Positions 1 through 7,829 of a DNA stretch of 64,000 bases are shown here, piece after piece. Every line of letters starts with the position of its first letter. Within the stretch, counting starts at the first letter, position 1. The stretch covers positions 14,078 to 78,077 of the forward strand of contig CAYYVV010000008.1 of the NCBI GenBank assembly GCA_964475245.1. Direction: 5' to 3'. Source of the DNA: an uncultured Anaerolineaceae bacterium. Its GTDB lineage: Bacteria > Chloroflexota > Limnocylindria > Limnocylindrales > CSP1-4. A program made the translations under genes and the position numbers. The notes under the pieces are model-generated. The model searched no databases. It was not told where the DNA came from and was given only the letters and a program-made list of their open reading frames with translations.

Positions 1-1
1 G

Positions 2-445
2 GTCGGCGGCACGGTCGGCCTTGCACTCGCCGGCACTATCTTCGGCTCCGCGTTCCGGACCCAGATCCCGGTCCAGGTCGGCAGCAATCTGGCAGCGGCC
101 GGCGTGCCGCAGGCGACGATCTCGCAGTTCGCTGGCCAGTTCTCAGCCGCAGGTTCCCAGTTCAACCAGCTCACCGGCGTGGGTGACCTGAACGCGATCA
201 TCTCCGCCCAGGTGCCGGCGCAATTCCAGCAGTTCGTGCCGGCCATCGTCAGCGGCATCCACGAGGCGATGTCGCTTGCCATCGCGGACACGATGTGGCT
301 GGGCGTCGGCGCCGCGATCGTGGCCGTCGTGGCAACGCTGTTCATTCACGAGGTCCCGTTGCGCCGCAGCGTCCACGCGTCGAGCATGGCCGCGCGCAAG
401 CCGGCCACGGATTCGCCATCGGGCAACCTTCCGGCCACCGACTAA
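2..445 (+). CDS. MFS transporter, C-terminal fragment (DHA2/EmrB-QacA-like); 5' end outside window
   Basis: Frame 2 is open from base 2 (VGGTVGLALAGTIFGSAFRTQ...) into the 104..445 ORF. It ends with a hydrophobic helix (WLGVGAAIVAVVATLFI) and a short polar tail, as in 14-TM efflux MFS proteins. Similarity is judged from memory only. Confidence 0.55.
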   Translation, partial: VGGTVGLALAGTIFGSAFRTQIPVQVGSNLAAAGVPQATISQFAGQFSAAGSQFNQLTGVGDLNAIISAQVPAQFQQFVPAIVSGIHEAMSLAIADTMWLGVGAAIVAVVATLFIHEVPLRRSVHASSMAARKPATDSPSGNLPATD

Positions 446-448
446 CGG

Positions 449-1408
449 CTAGGGGCGCAGGCCCACCACCTCGCCCAATAGGCGCACCATCTCGAGGTCG
501 CGCGGCAGGAACGTCTGAAGCATCAGGCGCTCTGCGCCCGCGGCCTCGAACTCTGTGATGCGCGCGCGCGCCTCGTCCGGCGTGCCGATGATCCAGCGCG
601 CGCGCCGCTCGGCCAGCCAATCCTCGGCACTGCCGCCTTGTCCGAAAGTGGCCATCAGCGTCGCCACGCGGCGGTTGACCTCGGCCTCATCGCGGCCCAC
701 GAGCGCGCCGGTCATTGCCGAGCGCGTGACCGTCGCGAGATCGCGACCCGCGGCCAGGCACGCCGCGCGCAGCCGGTCGTAGCCCCTGGCAACCTCGGCG
801 GGCGACTCCGAGCTGATGTTGAGCTCGTCCGCGTAGCGCGCGACGAGGGCGACGAGGCGCGGCCCGCCGTGTCCGCCCAGGATCAGGTTCGGGTGACGCC
901 GGCCGGCGCGCGCCACCGGCCGTGGCGCGAAATGCGCGTCCTCGACCTGCCAGAAGCGACCGGAATAGCTCCAGCCGGCAGGCTCGGACCACAGCCCGTG
1001 GATGATCGCCAGCTGCTCCTCGAGCATGTCGAAACGCTCATGCACGTCCGGAAACGGCAGGCCGTGCTGCGCGTGTTCGACGTCGTTCCAACCGGCGCCA
1101 AGGCCGAGCTCGACCCGGCCTCCGCTCATCTCGTCCACGGTCATTACGACCTTGGCCAGGTTGCCCGGCGAGCGGAAGGTCACCGGCGACACGAGCGTGC
1201 CAAGGCCAATTCGCGTCGTCTCGCGCGCCAGTCCGGCGAGCGTCGTCCATGCATCGGTCGTCGGCTGTCCGGCCGCGCCGGGGAAGCTGGCGTAGTGGTC
1301 GGATCGGAAGTAGCTCTCGAAGCCGGCTTCCTCCGCTGTCCGTGCGAGGGCCAGGATGTCCGTGTAGGCGAGCCCTTGCTGGGGCTCGCTCATCAACGCG
1401 AATCGCAT
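449..1408 (-). CDS. LLM-class (luciferase-like) F420-dependent oxidoreductase
   Basis: 319 aa. MRFALMSEPQQG...FESYFRSDHY...GRVELGLGAGW motifs are typical of the luciferase-like monooxygenase / F420-dependent oxidoreductase family. Confidence 0.85.
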   Translation of the reverse strand: MRFALMSEPQQGLAYTDILALARTAEEAGFESYFRSDHYASFPGAAGQPTTDAWTTLAGLARETTRIGLGTLVSPVTFRSPGNLAKVVMTVDEMSGGRVELGLGAGWNDVEHAQHGLPFPDVHERFDMLEEQLAIIHGLWSEPAGWSYSGRFWQVEDAHFAPRPVARAGRRHPNLILGGHGGPRLVALVARYADELNISSESPAEVARGYDRLRAACLAAGRDLATVTRSAMTGALVGRDEAEVNRRVATLMATFGQGGSAEDWLAERRARWIIGTPDEARARITEFEAAGAERLMLQTFLPRDLEMVRLLGEVVGLRP

Positions 1409-1544
1409 CGCGCAATGGTCACATGCCGGGCGTGCCCCGGCTAGAGCGACGGCGTGCCATGTGGCCGCTCACAGGGTCGTTGTACGTTGCCGAGACGCTG
1501 CCTCGCCACGGTCAAGTTCCCGATGCCGTGGCTACCATCTCTCG

Positions 1545-2024
1545 ATGGCCGTGAAAGTCATGGAGATTCCCGTTGGCCTGCAGGCCGTCGGAACGCGAGA
1601 GGCGCCCTTCGAGCCGCTCGCCACGCTCGACGAGCTGCCTATGGGCACGATGCTCCGCGTCACGCGCGGCGACCTTGATCTGCTCGTGATGCACACCGCA
1701 AACGGGCTGTGCGCGATCGATGACCGCTGCCCGCACATGTCGGCGCCACTCTCGCTTGGCACCCTCGACGAGTGCCTGGTCTCGTGTCCATTGCATCGTG
1801 GTCAGTTCGACCTGGCCACGGGCGCTGTTGTCCAATTCCCCACTACCGGTGGACTCGACGCCGATGGCACCCCACATGCACCCTGGACGCCGACCGATTC
1901 TCCGTCGAAGCCCGAACCGACGGACCTGAAGGCGCGCGCTCGCGCCCTGACCCGGATCCGGCGCATTCGCTACTACCCGGTCCGCCTCAGCGGTGGCCGG
2001 ATCGAGGTCGCGCTTCCACGCTGA
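1545..2024 (+). CDS. Rieske [2Fe-2S] domain protein (ferredoxin-type component)
   Basis: Rieske ligand motifs CPHMSAP...CPLHRGQF. The internal ATG at 1545 (MAVKVMEIP) is preferred over the Arg-rich N-terminal extension of the 1461 ORF. Confidence 0.75.
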   Translation: MAVKVMEIPVGLQAVGTREAPFEPLATLDELPMGTMLRVTRGDLDLLVMHTANGLCAIDDRCPHMSAPLSLGTLDECLVSCPLHRGQFDLATGAVVQFPTTGGLDADGTPHAPWTPTDSPSKPEPTDLKARARALTRIRRIRYYPVRLSGGRIEVALPR

Positions 2025-2144
2025 AGGCACTGCCAGGCAGTTGAGCAGGCGAACGGCTGGTGCGAGCAGGTAGACTGCTCGAAGCTGGCTTTCAGCTCAG
2101 AGGTGCCGTGAAATGCGCCGGAAGCCTGCCCGGAGTGCCCCAAA

Positions 2145-2606
2145 TTGGATTTGCGCACGAAGCGAACGATTCGCAGTGCAATCGAGATACGCGCGCCGAT
2201 CGACACGGTCTGGCGCGTGTTGACTGACTTCGGCGGGTATCCGGAGTGGAATCCGCATATCCGGCGCGTTATCGGCACGGCAAAAGTGGGGGCAAGATTG
2301 GCCATACATTCCCAGCCGCCGGGCGGCCGAGGCGTGGTGATGCGTCCCCGGGTAACCACGTGGTCGCCGCCACGCGAGCTGCGCTGGCGGGCGACGTTCC
2401 TGAACAAGCGCCTGTTCAGTGGCGAGCACGGTTTCAAGCTCGAGCCGAAGGGCGCTGACAGGGTCCGTTTCGTACAGGACGAGACGTTCAGCGGCCTGCT
2501 CGTGCCGCTCTATTCGCGCCTGCGCCTGGCACGCACGCGACGCGGCTTCGACCAGGTGAACGAGGCTCTGCGCGATCGCGCAGAGAACGGAGCCGGCGCG
2601 GCGTGA
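2145..2606 (+). CDS. SRPBCC (START/polyketide-cyclase-like) family protein
   Basis: 153 aa with a TTG start. IRSAIEIRAPIDTVWRVLTDFGGYPEWNP is a classic SRPBCC N-terminal signature. Confidence 0.7.
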   Translation: MDLRTKRTIRSAIEIRAPIDTVWRVLTDFGGYPEWNPHIRRVIGTAKVGARLAIHSQPPGGRGVVMRPRVTTWSPPRELRWRATFLNKRLFSGEHGFKLEPKGADRVRFVQDETFSGLLVPLYSRLRLARTRRGFDQVNEALRDRAENGAGAA

Positions 2607-2617
2607 CGAGCCCGACG

Positions 2618-3850
2618 CTAGCCGGCCTGTCTGACCGCGCTGCGCCGCTCGTTTTTCGACCACTTGTCGTGCCGGGGCACGAAGCGCGTCCGACTGCCGT
2701 CGTTGGCGTAGCCGTCGGCAACCATCACGTCGAAGGCGTGGACCATGTCCTCCATGAGCGAGTAGCGCCCGGCTCGGTAGGCGCGCGATCGCGTGCCCGC
2801 CTGCTGTCGCTCGCAGACGGCCCAGTCCTGGCGGTTGGTCAGGTCCCAGAAGTCGACCGCGTCGCTGGCGTCGAAGTCCGGTCGCGCCATGGTCGAGGGC
2901 TCGAAGAGCCATTCGCACACGACGCGCGATCGCTCGGCGTCGAGCGGCCAGACCTGGTGGGTCATGACGTAGTCCGGGTGCAGGCTGAGCAGCAGGTTCG
3001 GCCAGACCACGAGGTAGTAGACGCGGCGCGCGTTTTCGGCGCCAATACCCGCGAGGGCCGGGCGGCCGTGGGCGTGGCCATCCACGGACATCGTGTCGGC
3101 ATCGTCGACGAGCTCCATCCAGCCGCCCGCCCACGGCCCCTCCGACTCGAGGTTCCAGCCGCGATCGTAGGGCGACAGCCGGTTGAGCTGGGGATGGACG
3201 CCGGGGCAGTGATAGCACTCGGAGTAGTTCTCGCCGATGACCTTCCAGTTGGCGCCAACGTCGTACCGGATCCGCTGGGCGCGGCGCAGGCCGGCGATCG
3301 GATAGGCGCCAACCGCGGCGGGCAGGTCGGCCAGGTAGCCCGACAGCGAGCCGGCGTCCGGATCAAGGCAGATGAAGACAAATCCCGCCCAGGTGTCCAG
3401 CGCCACGGGCACGAGGCCGTTGTCGATGCCCTCGAAGTCGACCAGCCGCTCGGTATGCGGCGCACGTTGGAGCGAGCCGTCGAGGTCGTAGGTCCAGGCG
3501 TGGTACGGACACTGGAAGCGGACAACGCGACCACAGACGCCATCCGTGCTCGGGTCGAGGATCGTCGAGCCGCGATGGCGGCACACGTTGTTGAAGGCAC
3601 GCAGCGAGCCCGACCGGTCGCGCACGACGATGACGCTTTCGTCGCCGACGCTGGCGAGGATGTAGCTGCCGGTCTCGGCGACGTCCTCCTCGCGCGCGAC
3701 GCACAGCCACGAGCGCGCGAACCAATTGCGCTGTTCGAAGTCGAAGATCGACGGGTCGTGGAAGACACGCGGCGGCAACAGCTGCGCGCTGTCGACCGGC
3801 CGCCGCGTCGCCTCCAGCTCGTCATTGCTCAGCGGCCCATCCATGCGCAC
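2618..3850 (-). CDS. Rieske non-heme iron oxygenase, alpha subunit (GbcA/CntA/choline-monooxygenase-like group)
   Basis: Rieske motif CRHRGS...CPYHAWTY, plus the mononuclear-iron region NWKVIGENYSECYHCPGVHPQL. 410 aa. Confidence 0.85.
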   Translation of the reverse strand: MRMDGPLSNDELEATRRPVDSAQLLPPRVFHDPSIFDFEQRNWFARSWLCVAREEDVAETGSYILASVGDESVIVVRDRSGSLRAFNNVCRHRGSTILDPSTDGVCGRVVRFQCPYHAWTYDLDGSLQRAPHTERLVDFEGIDNGLVPVALDTWAGFVFICLDPDAGSLSGYLADLPAAVGAYPIAGLRRAQRIRYDVGANWKVIGENYSECYHCPGVHPQLNRLSPYDRGWNLESEGPWAGGWMELVDDADTMSVDGHAHGRPALAGIGAENARRVYYLVVWPNLLLSLHPDYVMTHQVWPLDAERSRVVCEWLFEPSTMARPDFDASDAVDFWDLTNRQDWAVCERQQAGTRSRAYRAGRYSLMEDMVHAFDVMVADGYANDGSRTRFVPRHDKWSKNERRSAVRQAG

Positions 3851-3910
3851 GAGGTTACGTCAGCGGCCCGTGCCAAGTCACCCGCACCCAACCGCTGTGC
3901 CTCGCGGGGT

Positions 3911-3945
3911 GACCGATGGTCCCGATCCGACGGGGTCCATCGGTC
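3911..3945. promoter_or_regulatory. Extended inverted repeat / hairpin in a divergent intergenic region
   Basis: GACCGATGG-T-CCCG-ATCCGA-CGGG-GT-CCATCGGTC gives 9+4 bp of pairing. It lies about 39 nt upstream of the 3984 ATG and about 60 nt upstream of the oxygenase start at 3850. Confidence 0.3.
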
Positions 3946-3983
3946 GATAGGCGTGGTCGAGGCCCGTGCCTAACGTGAAAAGC

Positions 3984-6086
3984 ATGCCAAACCCGCGTCC
4001 CAGCGCGTGGGCACTGACTGGTGTCCTGCTCGCCACACTATTTGCCGTCTCCTCCTCGCCCGTTGCCGCCGGCGAGGTCCCGCAACAGCCCCAGACAGCC
4101 GATCCGGCTGCCGTGTGCGGGACGACGGTGACCAATACCGATGGCACGAAGCAGTTCACGGCGGGCATGTTCCCGACTCGTTGGACAGATGACCTGCGCC
4201 CGCCACAGACAATTCGCGTGCTGCGCTCCAAGGGCCCGAACAAGGGCCACGTCGAGACCGTCAACTTTTGGGACTACGTCGCCGTGGTCATGCGCGCCGA
4301 GTACTCGACGGGCGCCAACAAGCCGCCCCTGTGGATGCAGGTCGGCGCTATCACCGTCAAGGAATATGGCTGGTACAAGGCCATGTCGTGGGGCGGCGGC
4401 CGCGTCGTCAAGTCGACGACCGATCCGGTCAGCGGCGTGATCACGACGACAGCGGAGTGCTACGACGTCAAGGACACGACCGCCGATCAGATCTACAAGC
4501 CACAGCAAACGGGCCCTGACGGCACCGTCTACACGGGCAACGTGCCGACGCTTCCCATCTACCGGGCTATGGCCCAGACCTGGCAGATCACGATGCGCAA
4601 GTGGGACTCGTCGAAGGACGTATCGCACATGTTTCTGACCGGTTATCGCTCGGGCAAGAACGTTGCCTGTGGCAAGGACTCAACCGGCTTCAAGATCTAC
4701 CAGAAGAGCGTGTACGACTGCGTCGTCAAGAACCTGACCCTCGAAGAGACGCTGCGCAAGTACTTCGAGCCAATGCTGCTCGTCAATGCCCGCGAGCACG
4801 ATCTGCTCAGCGACGACTCGTGGTGGGGCGACCTCCCCGTTCTGTCGGCGAGTGGCGCAAACACCGCCTGGACCGTGTACCCCGGCGCACCAAACGGATT
4901 CGGGACGCCTGTTACCGGGACCTTCAGCATGCCGTTCGCCTCGATCCTGGGCTACAGCAGCGGCAACGTCGATCTGCCTGATGCGAATACCTCGGCGAGC
5001 GACAAGAAGATGCTGGCCGACATGGTGATGGTCACCAATGGTGCCGTTGAGGTGGCACGCGCCACGGGCAGCGGCTTTGCCTCGCTGGCCGAGACCGACT
5101 TCACCGGCGGCGCAAACAAGGTCGTCTTTGGCGACTTCGATGGCGATCTGATGATGGACGTCGGCCTCATTCGCAGCAACGGCGACGGCACGTCGTCGCT
5201 GTGGGTCATGACCGCCAAGGGTGATGACACGTTCAATAATCCGGTCCAGGTCTGGACCGGCGCAGACCTGACGCCGACATCTGTCTTTGTCGCCGCGGGC
5301 GACGTCAATGGCGACGGCAAGGCCGACCTGGTCGTTCGTGACGCGAGCGGCAATCTCGATACCGCCGACTCCACGGCGAGCTGCTCGAGCATGGCCTCTG
5401 TCGGCGCATGCCCGGGCGCGTCCGTTGGCTCGTTCGCCCTTGGCACTCTCAACCTGGCCCTTGCCGATCCGGGTGGCCTCGCGAATGCGAAGCTCGTTGT
5501 CGGCGACTACGACCGCGACGGACGCGCTGACGTCATCGCCTTCGTGGGCGGCTCGACGAGCACCGTTTACGGCATGCGCGCCAAGACAGACGGATCCGGC
5601 ACGTTCACCGACAAGACCGTGCTGTGGTCTTCCAGCAGGGGCGATTACACCAACGCCCAGCCGGTTGCGATGGATGTCGACGCCGACGGTCTGGTCGACG
5701 TGGCCCTCGTCCAGTCAGGGAATATGCAGTGGCTGCGCACGATCGAGCGCAGCTCCACGCCGGCTCAGATGGTGCTCGCCTCGCAGTTCCCGCACGAAGG
5801 TGCGGACACTACTCCTCCCACCGTGCCGACCGGGCTGACGGCGACATCGACGGCCGGACGGACGGTCACCCTGAGCTGGAACGCCAGCACCGACGACAGC
5901 GGCGGAACCGTGTCATATCGCGTGTACCGAAATAACAAGGCGATCGGCACGATGCAAACCAGCCTGACGTACGTGGATCATCCCGGCAAGGCCGGCACCT
6001 GGTATTCGTACGTGGTGCGCGCCTACGACGGCGCCGACAATCGGAGCGACCCGTCGAACAAGGTGTCGGTCAAGGCGATCAGCTGA
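3984..6086 (+). CDS. Secreted multidomain protein: SpoIID/LytB-like N-terminal domain, FG-GAP/VCBS repeats, C-terminal fibronectin type III domain
   Basis: Signal peptide MPNPRPSAWALTGVLLATLFAVSSSPVAAGE. FWDYVAVVMRAEY...VGAITVKEYGWY...YDVKDTTADQIY resembles the SpoIID signature. Four D-x-D/N-G-D-G repeats are present (FGDFDGDLMMDVG, AGDVNGDGKADLVV, VGDYDRDGRADVIA, MDVDADGLVDVAL). FN3-like tail: LTATSTAGRTVTLSWNASTDDSGGTVSYRVYRN. Confidence 0.7.
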   Translation: MPNPRPSAWALTGVLLATLFAVSSSPVAAGEVPQQPQTADPAAVCGTTVTNTDGTKQFTAGMFPTRWTDDLRPPQTIRVLRSKGPNKGHVETVNFWDYVAVVMRAEYSTGANKPPLWMQVGAITVKEYGWYKAMSWGGGRVVKSTTDPVSGVITTTAECYDVKDTTADQIYKPQQTGPDGTVYTGNVPTLPIYRAMAQTWQITMRKWDSSKDVSHMFLTGYRSGKNVACGKDSTGFKIYQKSVYDCVVKNLTLEETLRKYFEPMLLVNAREHDLLSDDSWWGDLPVLSASGANTAWTVYPGAPNGFGTPVTGTFSMPFASILGYSSGNVDLPDANTSASDKKMLADMVMVTNGAVEVARATGSGFASLAETDFTGGANKVVFGDFDGDLMMDVGLIRSNGDGTSSLWVMTAKGDDTFNNPVQVWTGADLTPTSVFVAAGDVNGDGKADLVVRDASGNLDTADSTASCSSMASVGACPGASVGSFALGTLNLALADPGGLANAKLVVGDYDRDGRADVIAFVGGSTSTVYGMRAKTDGSGTFTDKTVLWSSSRGDYTNAQPVAMDVDADGLVDVALVQSGNMQWLRTIERSSTPAQMVLASQFPHEGADTTPPTVPTGLTATSTAGRTVTLSWNASTDDSGGTVSYRVYRNNKAIGTMQTSLTYVDHPGKAGTWYSYVVRAYDGADNRSDPSNKVSVKAIS

Positions 6087-6100
6087 GTTGCCAACCCGCG

Positions 6101-6445
6101 TCAGAGCGCGGGAAGCAACGACTTCCAGGCCTTCTCGTCCAACCCGATGACAACGTCGTTACCGGCGCGGACGAGCGGCAACCTGACCAGTCGCTGGTCG
6201 GCGAGCATCCGATCGAATAGCTCGTCCTCGTCAAGACGCATATAGGCCATGCCGGCGTCTCGGTAAGCGCGCGAAGTCTCGTCAAGTACCGCCATTGCGC
6301 CGTGCTTCGATGTAAATTTTCGTAGTTCGGTTGGCGCTAACGGCTTGACTGAAAGGTCAACAAAGCTGATCGGTATGCGGCGCTCGCTGAAGAACCGCAG
6401 CGCCCTATGTGTATCGCGCGAATCGCGCCGGCCAAATACCTGGAT
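6101..6445 (-). CDS. ArsC/Spx/MgsR-family (glutaredoxin-fold) protein lacking the N-terminal Cys; start codon unresolved
   Basis: My own translation upstream of the 64-aa ORF stays open and reads IQVFGRRDSRDTHRALRFFSERRIPISFVDLSVKPLAPTELRKFTSKHGAMAVLDETSRAYRD...LVRLPLVRAGNDVVIG, a full ArsC/Spx fold. There is no in-frame ATG/GTG/TTG between the upstream stop (6475) and IQVFG. Only ATC (6445) and CTG (6478) are available. Confidence 0.55.
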   Translation of the reverse strand: MQVFGRRDSRDTHRALRFFSERRIPISFVDLSVKPLAPTELRKFTSKHGAMAVLDETSRAYRDAGMAYMRLDEDELFDRMLADQRLVRLPLVRAGNDVVIGLDEKAWKSLLPAL

Positions 6446-6474
6446 CTGGCCGGCGCCCTGTTGCGCCGTCTGGC

Positions 6475-6810
6475 TCAGGCGCTCGCCGTGCTCTTGCGCC
6501 GGCCACGGCGCGAGCGCCGCTCGGGCGTCGCCAGGCCGATCAGCCAGCCCTTCTCCGACTTGCGGACTACGATGTCGCGGCCCGCGTCCTCAGCCGCCTT
6601 CATCAGACGCTGGCGCACCGTGAGCGCCTTCTCATCGGGTTCGAGGCGAACCTCGAAGACCGTGCCCTGATCTTCTATCTTGGAGATCATTTGCGTGAAT
6701 TGACGCTGCTGCGCGATACGTGCCTGAGCCTTTGGGGTGAGCTCGTGCGAGCGCGGTGCAGCCTTCGGCTTGTCGAGCATCGCCACGTCAACCTGACGAA
6801 TCTTGGCCAT
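6475..6810 (-). CDS. Hypothetical basic protein (111 aa)
   Basis: Ordinary amino-acid composition and a Lys/Arg-rich tail. It sits directly upstream of the ArsC-like gene on the same strand. No family recognised. Confidence 0.45.
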   Translation of the reverse strand: MAKIRQVDVAMLDKPKAAPRSHELTPKAQARIAQQRQFTQMISKIEDQGTVFEVRLEPDEKALTVRQRLMKAAEDAGRDIVVRKSEKGWLIGLATPERRSRRGRRKSTASA

Positions 6811-6848
6811 CTGCTATCTCCCAACCGCTATCCGGTTATCTGATTCTG

Positions 6849-6890
6849 GATTCCCAGAAATTGAAAGCCCCGGGCATGGCCATGGGAATC
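6849..6890. repeat. Inverted repeat GATTCCCA-N26-TGGGAATC enclosing the palindrome CATGGCCATG
   Basis: Read directly in the AT-richer divergent intergenic region between the 6810 (-) and 6921 (+) starts. Confidence 0.3.
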
Positions 6891-6920
6891 ATTGTATCTG
6901 CGTAGTTGAGGAGTGCGAGC

Positions 6921-7829
6921 GTGAAGATCGGAGTCATCGTTCCGCAAGGCTGGACGGGCGAGTACAAGGGCTGGAACGCGACTGACGCGTGGTCGCGAAC
7001 GCGCGACGTGGCATGGCAGGCGGAGGCGCTCGGATTCGAGTCGATCTGGTTGTTCGACCACTTCCACACCGTCCCGCGGCCGACCCTGGAAATCACATTC
7101 GAAGCATTCACTTCGCTGGCCGCACTGGCAGCTGAAACGCGCCGCGTCCGTCTCGGACACGTCGTGCTGTGTGCGGCTTATCGCAATCCGGCCCTGACGA
7201 CCAAGATGATCTGCACGCTCGACGCGATCAGTGGCGGGCGCGTGGAGCTCGGTCTTGGCGCCGGCTGGAAGCGTGACGAGTGGCGCGCGTACGGCTACGG
7301 CTTTCCGGACGCGCCCGAGCGGCTGGCGATCCTGAAGGATCAGCTCGAGATTGCGCGCGCGATGATGACCGACGACCGCGCCACTTACGCCGGCGAGCAG
7401 CGCAGCATTGACAGCGCGATTAACAAGCCGGCGCCAGTTCAGCAGCCGCGCATCCCGATCATGGTCGGAGGCAACGGACCGAACGTGACGTGGCGCCTGG
7501 CGGCCAGGTACGCCGACGAGCTGAACGTGGACGGCATGACGCCCGACGAGCTTCGCCAGGCACTGCCGACGATCAGGTCGCGCTGCGAGGAGATCAGCCG
7601 GGACCCGGCCTCGCTCACGGTTTCGGCGCACGTCTGGTGGGAACAGCTCGAAGCCCAGACCGGCGCTCAGCGCGCCGACATGGTCGCGGCCTATCGCGAG
7701 CTCGGCATCTCGCGCATCATCGGCCTCATCCGCAGTTCGACGGACAGCGATGAGGCTCTTGCCAGTTGGGCTGAAGACGCGCGCGCCGGCGGTGCACAGC
7801 TCGATGATTCGGTGGCCCTGGGCTCCTAG
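6921..7829 (+). CDS. LLM-class F420-dependent oxidoreductase
   Basis: GTG at 6921 is preceded by GAGGAG (6908..6913). VKIGVIVPQGW...ESIWLFDHF...GRVELGLGAGW are family motifs. Confidence 0.85.
   Translation: MKIGVIVPQGWTGEYKGWNATDAWSRTRDVAWQAEALGFESIWLFDHFHTVPRPTLEITFEAFTSLAALAAETRRVRLGHVVLCAAYRNPALTTKMICTLDAISGGRVELGLGAGWKRDEWRAYGYGFPDAPERLAILKDQLEIARAMMTDDRATYAGEQRSIDSAINKPAPVQQPRIPIMVGGNGPNVTWRLAARYADELNVDGMTPDELRQALPTIRSRCEEISRDPASLTVSAHVWWEQLEAQTGAQRADMVAAYRELGISRIIGLIRSSTDSDEALASWAEDARAGGAQLDDSVALGS

Noticed and set aside
6095-6112. Hairpin CCCGCG-TCAGAG-CGCGGG between the convergent 6086 and 6101 stops, as a possible terminator.
   Set aside because: It has only a 6-bp stem and no U-tract, and it overlaps a stop codon. 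That is too weak to call as a feature.
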